Both the position numbers and the translations under genes were made by a program. The notes beneath the pieces are model-generated. The model was not told the DNA's origin. It searched no databases and worked only from the letters and a program-made list of their open reading frames with translations. Shown here piece by piece: positions 53,701 through 61,820 of a DNA stretch of 64,000 nucleotides. Source of the DNA: Candidatus Poribacteria bacterium (GTDB lineage Bacteria > Poribacteria > WGA-4E > WGA-3G); NCBI GenBank assembly GCA_963664215.1, contig OY761015.1; one strand, given 5' to 3'. Numbering within the stretch: position 1 is the stretch's first letter; each line of letters starts with the position of its first letter.

Positions 53701-54865
53701 TCCAGTCACGCTGAAGCAAGGGATAAATATATTATGCGTCGCGGTTGAGTTCAATGGTAATGAATGGGGTGCCCATTTTGGGTTTGCCCCTGACACACAA
53801 TATACAGTCGTATTCCCAGGGACCGGCTTCGCATTTTCGGCGGATACCACACGTATTCGCGTCGGTGATACGGTCACACTCCGTATCGATGCGGAGAAAG
53901 TCACGGATTTAGCGGGCTGGCAGTTCGATCTCACATTTAATCCTGATGTACTTGAAGCGGTTGAAGTCAACGAAGGCGGTTTTCTGAAGAAAGGTGATGG
54001 AAACACGTTCTTTCAGCGCGGAACAATTGATAACACTGGGGGTAAAATTGTGGGATTAAGTTCGGCGCTGATCTCCAAAAACGGGGTCACCGGTACCGGT
54101 AACCTCTTGTCAGTGGTGTTCTCTGCGAAGGCAGAAGGGAACAGCCAGGTGGCATTACGCAACTTCCAACTCGGTTCTAATACGGGTGATGTGATTCCTG
54201 CTGGCATGCGCGATCTTACCATCACGGTTGGATCTCAACCGCTTTGGGATGTGAATGTGGATGGACAGGTCAGTATTTTGGATCTGATTCTTGTGGCACA
54301 GCACATGGGATCCGTCGCATCTGCCACCTCTAAAGTTGACGTAAACCGCGACGGAGTCGTCAGTATCTTGGACTTAATTCTCGTGGCGCAGCACATGGGT
54401 GAATCAACGGGTCCAGCGTCGCCTTCGATGCTTGCCATGGATAGCATAGACGGGTTGGATCCTGCGATGATACAAGCATGGATAGCGCGTGCGCACGTTG
54501 AAGATGATGGCTCTGTCGCCTTCCGAGAGGGTATCGCTTACCTTCAGAGTCTTTTAGTCTTGCTGACTCCAGAAGAGACAGCACTGCTTCCAAACTATCC
54601 GAATCCATTCAACCCAGAGACGTGGATACCGTATCATTTAGCGAAACCCAGTAATGTGCGGATTACCATCTATGACGCACGCGGTGCTTTGGTACGCCAA
54701 TTGGATCTCGGGCATCAACGTGAAGGCTACTACACGAGTCGGAGTCGTGCGGCGTATTGGGATGGCAGAAACGCCGTCGGCGAACGCGTTGCCAGTGGTG
54801 TCTATTTCTACCAATTGCAGGCGGATCATCTGTCGCTCCTGCGCAAGATGCTCATTTTGAAATAG
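50726..54865 (+). CDS. Secreted cytochrome c/LRR/cohesin/dockerin/FlgD-type protein, paralog 5
   Basis: Same architecture; ends RKMLILK. Confidence 0.9.
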   Translation: MNDQKIFIAFICLLMLLLGYQNVDAQGNLAQQAYAIFEQSCLNCHGEHGAFTENIIIEHAALIETGAVVPGKPIESELYKRLLIDDETKRMPLGQPRLPPAAILTIGNWIQAGAPDWTDTSEADGPFITPTKMLETIEKHVNALASFDRAFARYFTMTHLYNAGESAEALHAYRRALSKLVNSLSWGREVIKPQPIDLQETIFYIDLRDYEWEIGTNRWTQIEQVYPYKIGFEAPTQTHLREKLQTLRQEMNCEVPFVHVDWFLATASLPPLYHDILDLPKTDRELETRLEVNVVENIRNAAGRRVWRAGFNDSGVSNHNRVVERHTSRYGAYWKSYDFAGSVGTQNIFTHPLSFTHDGGEIIFNLPNGLQAYYLVDAGGNRLDAAPIKIVSNPAASDPTVRNGLSCIGCHTEGMKVFEDEVRGVVEQNANPPFNKARALRLYTEQATMETLVNEDTDRYRRALEAAGDVFGGIEPVQRFHEAFQGPIDAAHAAAAVGLETADFLGKIRENASLRNLGLGVLTGKSGSVKRDTWTSNFSGVVTTLGSPDSRAIKPIVPQTERIPGASVYIPDANLREVIEDALDKTPGDVITAEDMKTLVDLRGVGRGIRDLTGLETATDLEELYLQNNPISDISPLAGLVKLKEINLRNSSLSDLSPLSELILLKEVRFSGESIVDLSPLAGLTNLEGVGAWSTSISDASPLSGLTKLRWLELQGSPISDFSPFSGLTNLRRLEMYAAKTSDLSPLKGLTSLKILSIGNSQISDVFPLAGLINLEGLGLFANRHISDISPLASLKNLKVLDLTTNQISDVSPLAGLRNLEEVHLQRNNITDISPLDGLHENIQLAWYSNPGFPQGGPKIKGPWLWMFVPGVGFHEKMDYLSHASEGTVTESEVATYGAIEGSLVGEHVWTSHKIASASADRPDINVTLSDIGISKDHRRDDVVYGSLILNSPREQKTTMFAGSNHNHKVWLNGEFVHENLIGWAADYQDYFPVTLKQGINILCVAVEFNGNEWGAHFGFAPDTQYTVVFPGTGFAFSADTTRIRVGDTVTLRIDAEKVTDLAGWQFDLTFNPDVLEAVEVNEGGFLKKGDGNTFFQRGTIDNTGGKIVGLSSALISKNGVTGTGNLLSVVFSAKAEGNSQVALRNFQLGSNTGDVIPAGMRDLTITVGSQPLWDVNVDGQVSILDLILVAQHMGSVASATSKVDVNRDGVVSILDLILVAQHMGESTGPASPSMLAMDSIDGLDPAMIQAWIARAHVEDDGSVAFREGIAYLQSLLVLLTPEETALLPNYPNPFNPETWIPYHLAKPSNVRITIYDARGALVRQLDLGHQREGYYTSRSRAAYWDGRNAVGERVASGVYFYQLQADHLSLLRKMLILK

Positions 54866-54967
54866 TCTCATATGACCCTAGGAGTGCTGGGAGGCTGATG
54901 TCCATTGGAAACCTCCCAGCGATCACTGATGAGTGGAAATGATGTGCTTGAAGGCACATTTGCTTGA

Positions 54968-54996
54968 AGTATAACAATACGGGTAAGGGGTGTCAA
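54968..54996 (-). promoter_or_regulatory. Outward-facing sigma70 promoter in element copy 3
   Basis: Minus strand TTGACA-17 nt-TATACT; boxes conserved while the spacer differs from copies 1 and 2. Confidence 0.78.
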
Positions 54997-55004
54997 CCCT
55001 ATTT

Positions 55005-55862
55005 TCAACAGATCTGCTCCTTTTTTACTAAGTTTTCATCCATGGTTTGGAGTTGATCCTCTGGAATGAGGTCGAGATATTGAGTAATAACGCGTTTAGA
55101 AAGTCGTGTAATCTGTGAGATTTCGTCAATATCTGCGGTAGCTCTGCGAACGACTTTGACGGACTCATAATCCCGAATGTATCGATCAACCGCCTCCTTG
55201 GAGTGCTTCATCTTGGCAGCAATAGTCGGAGTAAGATATCCTTGAAGATAGAGGGTGATGATCTCTTTCTTGTGGGTAATCGCCCCCGATAAGTCATGAA
55301 TATTGCCGCGCGTGGGTAAGATTTCTCCAGTGGTTTTCTGCCACTCATTGACATAATCACAGACGACCTGATCACAGACGTTGAGCAAGACGGCCAAGTC
55401 AAGTTGTGTCAATAAGGCGCCTTGATCATAAGCTTGATGACACCAGCGAACCATGCGTTTCATCCGGAGTTGTCTGGAAGTAAACCCGTCGCGAAACGAT
55501 TCGACATCTTCTGCGGCGACATAGGTGAGAATGATGGGTTTCATACGGGTTTTGATGATCGCTTTACCTTTTTCAGGGTATTCATCAATCGGGACTGCCA
55601 TCCAGACGAGCTGTCCATAGCGGAGGTATCGCTCTTCGGGAAGTTCGTCGCCTTTGGCGAGTTTCTCCAGAGGCAGGGCAATGACGAAATACTGCTCAAC
55701 GGTCTTGAGGATATCATCAACAATAGCCGTCGCTGTGACTTCGCCTTTGTCATACCCGTAGTCATTGAGAAAGCGGTGGATCAGCAACTGTCGTAGCGAT
55801 TTATCGTTGATGCGTCTGACTTTCTTCTCGTTGACTTGCGTGCGCGTTGAGGGTTTACTCAT
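55005..55862 (-). CDS. Element ORF B (DUF1670-like)
   Basis: Homolog of 35409-36266; start MSKP at 55862. Confidence 0.82.
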   Translation of the reverse strand: MSKPSTRTQVNEKKVRRINDKSLRQLLIHRFLNDYGYDKGEVTATAIVDDILKTVEQYFVIALPLEKLAKGDELPEERYLRYGQLVWMAVPIDEYPEKGKAIIKTRMKPIILTYVAAEDVESFRDGFTSRQLRMKRMVRWCHQAYDQGALLTQLDLAVLLNVCDQVVCDYVNEWQKTTGEILPTRGNIHDLSGAITHKKEIITLYLQGYLTPTIAAKMKHSKEAVDRYIRDYESVKVVRRATADIDEISQITRLSKRVITQYLDLIPEDQLQTMDENLVKKEQIC

Positions 55863-56670
55863 CGGAGATCCCCTTTTTTTCATTCATGGGTTCGGGGTGA
55901 AGCAGCTGGGTCATGCGATCGGTGTGTTGGTATTGCTTATACAGCGAGAGATATTCGCGAATCAACCGGTCCGAGAAGCGAGTGATCAGGCGTATCTGTC
56001 CCTTGGGAAAGTCTTGATGATGCAACGTAGCAACTTGTGTGAAATCTCTCAAGTACCGCCAGACGGCGCGTTCGGAGTGGTTGGTCTTTTGCTCAATCTC
56101 GGTGAAGGTGTAGTCCTTGAAATACAAATCGAGAATCTGCGTCTTGTGAGATAGACCGGGTCCCATGTCGTGTTTCGTCCCGCGTGTCATCACGAAATAC
56201 CCGTCCTGCTTCAACGCTCGGATGTCGCGTTTGACGCTGGCAGGACTCGTGGTTAATAAGATGGCTAAATCTTCATAACTCAGCAAGGCGTCTTGGTCAT
56301 AAGCCTCTTTGGTCAATCGCAGGATCCGATGGCGTCTGAGACCGGGTAGACCATAATCAGCTAAGACTTCGAAGTCCTCTGTGACATCATTGAGCGTCAG
56401 ACAGCAGGAAACTTTCCTCGCAAGAGCGATGTGTTTGCCTGCGGGTTCCTCAGCAGCGACGGCCTCGTAGCAGATCTGTCCTGAGGAGAGTTGAATGTCG
56501 GCATGTTCCTGAAAATAGCCAGCAATCTGTTTATAGTAGGCTTCGGCCATGATCGGCATCAAATTGAAGTCTGCTGAAATCTTCTGAATAATCGCCGATC
56601 TGGCATTCTTAGATTCGAGACGTTTGATGCCATAGACCGCATCCTTTTTGCGTGTCATAAGGACCTCCGT
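55855..56670 (-). CDS. Element ORF A (DUF1670-like)
   Basis: Homolog of 42290-43102; start uncertain (MTRKK at 56658 or upstream). Confidence 0.8.
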   Translation of the reverse strand, partial: TEVLMTRKKDAVYGIKRLESKNARSAIIQKISADFNLMPIMAEAYYKQIAGYFQEHADIQLSSGQICYEAVAAEEPAGKHIALARKVSCCLTLNDVTEDFEVLADYGLPGLRRHRILRLTKEAYDQDALLSYEDLAILLTTSPASVKRDIRALKQDGYFVMTRGTKHDMGPGLSHKTQILDLYFKDYTFTEIEQKTNHSERAVWRYLRDFTQVATLHHQDFPKGQIRLITRFSDRLIREYLSLYKQYQHTDRMTQLLHPEPMNEKKGISDE

Positions 56671-56794
56671 GAAATCCGTCTGGGTGATGCAAATACATCT
56701 ACCTGTTAGCATAACTCATAGTTAGCATAACTATCAGTATAACTCATGGGGTCATATGAGACAAACTATAAGTAGATAAGAAAGGAACTACAAC

Positions 56795-58861
56795 ATGGAA
56801 CCACAAAGAAGGAAAATTTTCATGAAAAACAGGCTATTTTTGATTGCTTTCATACTATTTGGGGTTTCCACCTTTTTTTCAGCAAACACGTTCGCACAAG
56901 ACCACACACAATGGAGTTTACCTGAAGGGGCCAAAGCACGCTTGGGTAAAGGACATATAACCCAGATTGCGTATTCTCCGGATGGGACGCGTCTGGCGGT
57001 TGCGAGTTCTATCGGTATTTGGGTATACGATACAGCGACGGGTGAAGCACTTGATCTGATTACAGGGCATACAGGTTGGGTTATGAGCATGTCGTTTAGT
57101 TCAGATGGCACAACGCTTGCCAGCGGGGGTGAGGACGGCACCGTCCGTTTATGGGATATAGAGACGGGACGCCACCTCCGCACGCTTGAAGGGCATACAA
57201 GATGGGTTATGAGCGTATCGTTTAGTCCAGATGGTATCACTCTCACGAGCGGGAGTCCTTCAGAAATCTGTTTATGGGATGTAGAGACGGGGAGACAGCT
57301 CCGCACGCTTGAAGGACGCGGCGGTTGGGTTATGAGTGTGTCATTGAGCCTTGATGGTAGTATTGTTGCTAGGGGTGAGGTGGATGCCAATGTCCGTTTA
57401 TGGAGTGTAGAGACGGGGCGTCACATCCACACGCTTGAAGGACATACAGATTGGGTTATGAGCATGTCGTTTAGTCCAGACGGCACCACTCTCGCCAGCG
57501 GGAGTTCGGACAGCACGGTACTGTGGGATGTAGCCACGGGTAGGCAGCTCCGCACGCTTGAAGGGGATGCGGGTTCTATTTGGTATTTTAGCATGTCGTT
57601 TAGCCCGGATGGCACAACGCTTGCCAGCGGGGGCGAGGACGGCACTATCCGTCTATGGGATGTAGCAACAGGGCATCACCTCCGCACGCTTGAAAGACAT
57701 ACATGGGATGTCAATAGCGTATCGTTTAGCCCGGATGGCACGACGCTTGCCAGCGGGAGTTTGGATGGCACTGTCCGTTTATGGGATGTAGCAACCGGAC
57801 GTCACCTCCGCACGCTTGAAGGACATACAGATTGGGTTCAGAGCGTGGCGTTTAGCCCGGATGGTAGCATGGGTGCCAGCGGAATTGAGGATGGCACCGT
57901 TCGTTTATGGGATATAGAAACCGGACGTCTCATCCGCACGCTTGAGGGGCATATATGGCCCCTCTATAGCATGTCCTTTAGTCCGGATAGCACTATACTC
58001 GTAGGTGGGAGTTCGGATGCTACCGTCCGTCTATGGAATGTAGCCACGGGGAGGCAACTCCAGGTACTTGAAGGACATACGTGGCATGTCTACAGCGTAT
58101 CGCTTAGTCCGGATGGCACGACGCTTGCCAGTGGGAGTGGGGACGAGACCGTCCGTTTATGGGATGTAGAGACGGGACGCCACCTCCGCACGCTTGAAAG
58201 ACATACATGGGATGTCAATAGTGTATCGTTTAGCCCGGATAGTACTAAACTCGCCAGTGGGAGTTCGGACTTTACCGTCCGTCTATGGGATGTAGCCACG
58301 GGTAGGCAACTCCAGAGACTTGAAGGGCATATGGGGACGGTCTATACCGTGTCGTTTAGTCCAGATGGCATTACACTCGCTAGTGGGAGTTCGGACGCTA
58401 CTGCCCGTCTGTGGGATGTAGCAACAGGGAGTCCCATCCGCACGTTTGAAGGGCATACGGATCATGTTGAGAGCATATCATTTAGTCCAGATGGTAGCAC
58501 GCTCGCCAGTGGGAGTTCGGATGCTACCATCCGTCTATGGGATGTAGCCACGGGGAGGCAGGTCCGCACGTTTGAAGGACATACGGATGATGTTGAGAGT
58601 GTGTCGTTTAGTCCAGATGGTAGCACGCTCGCCAGTTGGAGTGAGGACGGCACGGTGCTGCTGTGGGAACTTACCTCACCCAAACCTCCACAACGTCCTG
58701 AAGATATTAACGGCGACGGATTGGTCAACATCCAAGACCTTGTCTTCGTCGCAGCACACCTCGGTCAGACAGCACCAAACACCGCAGATGTCAATGGTGA
58801 TGGGGTCGTCAACATTCAAGACTTAGTTCAGATCGCTGGGGCACTCGGCAAACCCCAGTGA
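56795..58861 (+). CDS. Secreted WD40-repeat protein with C-terminal dockerin
   Basis: About 14 GH...SFSPDGTTLASG...VRLWD repeats; DINGDG/DVNGDG pair. Confidence 0.92.
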   Translation: MEPQRRKIFMKNRLFLIAFILFGVSTFFSANTFAQDHTQWSLPEGAKARLGKGHITQIAYSPDGTRLAVASSIGIWVYDTATGEALDLITGHTGWVMSMSFSSDGTTLASGGEDGTVRLWDIETGRHLRTLEGHTRWVMSVSFSPDGITLTSGSPSEICLWDVETGRQLRTLEGRGGWVMSVSLSLDGSIVARGEVDANVRLWSVETGRHIHTLEGHTDWVMSMSFSPDGTTLASGSSDSTVLWDVATGRQLRTLEGDAGSIWYFSMSFSPDGTTLASGGEDGTIRLWDVATGHHLRTLERHTWDVNSVSFSPDGTTLASGSLDGTVRLWDVATGRHLRTLEGHTDWVQSVAFSPDGSMGASGIEDGTVRLWDIETGRLIRTLEGHIWPLYSMSFSPDSTILVGGSSDATVRLWNVATGRQLQVLEGHTWHVYSVSLSPDGTTLASGSGDETVRLWDVETGRHLRTLERHTWDVNSVSFSPDSTKLASGSSDFTVRLWDVATGRQLQRLEGHMGTVYTVSFSPDGITLASGSSDATARLWDVATGSPIRTFEGHTDHVESISFSPDGSTLASGSSDATIRLWDVATGRQVRTFEGHTDDVESVSFSPDGSTLASWSEDGTVLLWELTSPKPPQRPEDINGDGLVNIQDLVFVAAHLGQTAPNTADVNGDGVVNIQDLVQIAGALGKPQ

Positions 58862-58938
58862 GATACGGATTACCATCTATGACGCACGCGGCAACATCTT
58901 TAAACCTACGCACGATTTCATAAAAAGGAGAATCAATA

Positions 58939-59400
58939 ATGTTTGGATTACGTGAAAAGTTGAAATATATGGCTTTGGGAGGGTTGATAGTCCTCACCGG
59001 ATTTGTATTGGGAAACATGAACAAGGATACTGAAGCACAATCTGGCTCTGAGACAATTGATGAACTGACCGTTAGAAATATGATTGTACTTGAGGATATA
59101 AGAGTGATTAACGACGATAATGCGCCTCAAGTTGTAATCACTTGGGATGAAAATGGTGGAAACGTATCAGCTCACAGTCTAAGCGGACAGGCTGCTTTGA
59201 GGGTTGGTGAAGATGGTGGGCTTATACAGGTTGGCAACGCAGAAGGGAAAATTGGTGCTCAGGTCACAATGAATGAGAATGGTGGAATCGTAGTCGTTCG
59301 TTCCACAAACGGACCGGGTGGCGCTGCATTAGCTATATACGAGGGTGACGGAGTTGTTTACACAAAAGATAGGCTTGGAAATATAATCGCACTGGATTGA
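58939..59400 (+). CDS. Hypothetical exported, Gly-rich beta-strand protein
   Basis: N-terminal TM/signal segment; paralog of the gene at 59585. Confidence 0.7.
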   Translation: MFGLREKLKYMALGGLIVLTGFVLGNMNKDTEAQSGSETIDELTVRNMIVLEDIRVINDDNAPQVVITWDENGGNVSAHSLSGQAALRVGEDGGLIQVGNAEGKIGAQVTMNENGGIVVVRSTNGPGGAALAIYEGDGVVYTKDRLGNIIALD

Positions 59401-59934
59401 AACAATGTGTAAAAACGTGCTCTGATCTCCTTACAAGTAAATAAATTGGAAATACCCACCAGTTGTATATAACTGCGCGTGTTGACTGTCTCTCAAATGC
59501 GTTTTAGGGGTAATCTCGCGGACTTTTTCCAAAAGCAGGAGCAATTTCAGACGACACACGATTTTATGAGAGGGAGCATCTATAATGTTTAGATTACGTG
59601 AAAAGTTGACGTATATGTTTTTAACTGGATTACTGGCATTTGCTGGTTTTCTGTTTGGTAACATGAACAATGATACTAAAGCACAACTTGAATCTGAGAC
59701 GATTGATGAACTGACTGTCCGGAAGTTAACTGTGCTTGAAGATATAACCCTGATAGCGGACAACGGAGAACCCCGAGTTGTTATATCTTGGAATGAAATC
59801 AGTGGATCGGTATCGTGTTACGGTCCGGGAGGAATGGATGTTGCGGATAGCGCGGGTCTGTTAGTTGGTCAGTTAGGTGGAATTGCAGGAGTTACCGATA
59901 GAAATGGGAGTGGTGCGAGTCTCACGCTTGGACT

Positions 59935-61516
59935 CTTACTGTTACCCACAAATATTTCTGTGGTGTGTTGCTGTGTCTAAGACGTATGGTTTTCTGAAGA
60001 ATCGTCAAAGAGAGCAAAGGTGTTGGAAATATCCGTCAAGCGTTGCCACCCTCGCCATAAAACCGTGGCACCCGGGGGGCCATCAGACTTGCGTCCCAAG
60101 AACCCACCGAGTTTGGCGATCCAAAGCACGACTTGGGCAACGGTGGGTGTTTTCTTTGGGAAAGTGCGGGTCTTGTGAGTCAGGGCGTAAAGTGCTTTCC
60201 ACTCATTTTCCGTCACCACTTGCGTGCAATCTGCCTCCGGGAGGGACCGGTTGAGGCGTGTTATCCAGTAGAGTCGCCACGCAATGACACTTAGTAAAGC
60301 GATATACCGCAGGAGACGGTCTTTGGTTTGCAATCGGGCGTGCTCGACCTTGGTGCCGGATTTCAAGACTTTGAAATAGACTTCAATGTGCCAGCGCTGG
60401 GTATACCATTCGATGCGCTGGAGTGCTTCAGAGAAGTTGGAAACTTCTACGTTGGTCAGCAGTAGCCAGTTGAGAGGCGTTATGTCATCGGGAGGGTTGG
60501 GTTCTATGACCCATACCAGAGAGATCGCGACAGGTGGCAAGTTTTTCGTCTCGGGGCGTTGTTGGCAGCGATGCGGCAGACGGAGCGTCGTCTGGGCGAA
60601 ACGCACTTGTAGATGTGCCTGACGCCCTGGGCGTTTAGGGCGTGCGGGGACATCAAGCGTCAACTCACCGGCCAGGGGCGCATGATTGACTAAATCCCGC
60701 AGCGTCCCGTAGATATCTTCACTCCGGCGGTTTTGGGCGGCGCGTATCACGAAAGGATGTTCTTTGGCTTCAACGAAAAACTCATAAATATCTGCTTCAC
60801 GGTCACAGATAGTGATCACTTCAACGCCTTCTGGGGTGCGGGTCTGCGTCTGTAAAAGGGATTCAACCCATTTGTAGCTTTCTTTGGCTTCAAGGGGTTT
60901 GGTTTTATAATCGCCCTTATCAGAGGTATCCCGAACCCACACCTTATCCGTCAGACACCCAAGGGGCAGTCCTGAAGCACTGATGACCAAGGTTGTATGT
61001 TTCACTACCCCTTGGCAGCTGTGAGACCCGTTTCCGATTGGACCTAATCCCTGCGTTGCGGGATGATCGGTATAATCAAGATAGGTGGTATCTTGGATCG
61101 CAAAGACCCGTTGATGACCCCGCATGCGTTCAATCGTCTGTTGAAAGTGCGGATCGAGAACTTGTTGCGCAGAGACTTTCTCATTGTCAAAGAAACGGTA
61201 GGCAGCTTTGACTGCCGACCAATCGCCACAAGCTGCGCTAATCGACGACATCGGTTGCTCACAAAGGGCATCCGCAATACTGACGAGTCTGTCATTGAGA
61301 CGGGTATCTCCCAAATCAAGACCTGAAAACTCCTGACGACTCCAAGACACGACCGACGCTTGTGGATGTGAAGACATTCTTAGCTCCTCTGTAAGAAATC
61401 GATACTTTTTACGACCAAACTCAGAAGACTTTTTAAACATAACACACGGGACCCCCCCATACAAGAAAAACTCAACGCATCTTACCTCACCCTCTATACT
61501 TATGGGTAACAGTAAG
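59935..61516 (-). mobile_element. IS4-family (IS50/Tn5-like) insertion sequence
   Basis: TIR CTTACTGTTACCCA / TGGGTAACAGTAAG; 10-bp TSD CGCTTGGACT (59925-59934, 61517-61526). Confidence 0.93.
59977..61377 (-). CDS. IS4-family DDE transposase
   Basis: W...EF...DLGDTRLNDRL, IQDTT, CDREAD, YxxRWxIExYFKVLKSG, LGGFLGRKSDGPPG. Confidence 0.93.
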   Translation of the reverse strand: MSSHPQASVVSWSRQEFSGLDLGDTRLNDRLVSIADALCEQPMSSISAACGDWSAVKAAYRFFDNEKVSAQQVLDPHFQQTIERMRGHQRVFAIQDTTYLDYTDHPATQGLGPIGNGSHSCQGVVKHTTLVISASGLPLGCLTDKVWVRDTSDKGDYKTKPLEAKESYKWVESLLQTQTRTPEGVEVITICDREADIYEFFVEAKEHPFVIRAAQNRRSEDIYGTLRDLVNHAPLAGELTLDVPARPKRPGRQAHLQVRFAQTTLRLPHRCQQRPETKNLPPVAISLVWVIEPNPPDDITPLNWLLLTNVEVSNFSEALQRIEWYTQRWHIEVYFKVLKSGTKVEHARLQTKDRLLRYIALLSVIAWRLYWITRLNRSLPEADCTQVVTENEWKALYALTHKTRTFPKKTPTVAQVVLWIAKLGGFLGRKSDGPPGATVLWRGWQRLTDISNTFALFDDSSENHTS

Positions 61517-61820
61517 CGCTTGGACTGGAGGGTGGAGGCGTAACCATTTTTTCTATCGCTGGTGTCACTGGGGAAGGTGGTGCTGCCTTAAGTATAGATG
61601 AAGGGGATGGTGTTATCTTCACAAGAGATAGGTTTGGTGAACTCCGCGCATTAGGACGGTAGTTAAGCCATATTCAACTCACATAAATTGTCCAAACTGA
61701 GGACTCTCATGGAAAAACACATCCAGATCCACTTTTTGAGTCTACCGTGTCGGACTTCGCTAATGTTAGATCGAACGCACGTTATTTTATTGGAGGGCCA
61801 AGTAACGGAGCGGGGTATAG

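Larger units (their letters stand above)
54860..56771 (-). mobile_element. Two-gene DUF1670-like element, copy 3 (both ORFs open)
   Basis: GTCTCATATGACCC (54865-54878) / GGGTCATATGAGAC (56749-56762) perfect IR. Confidence 0.9.
59585..61662 (+). pseudogene. Paralog of 58939-59400 interrupted by an IS4-family element
   Basis: Removing the IS and one TSD restores ...SLTLGLEGG...GGAALSIDEGDGVIFTRDRFG, matching the paralog C-terminus. Confidence 0.85.

Noticed and set aside
23375-54865. Diversity-generating retroelement behind the LRR variation
   Set aside because: No reverse transcriptase and no template/variable repeat pair with adenine-specific differences was seen
56960-58680. Regular ~126-bp repeats as a CRISPR array
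   Set aside because: They are in-frame WD40 coding repeats with no unique spacers, and no cas genes are present
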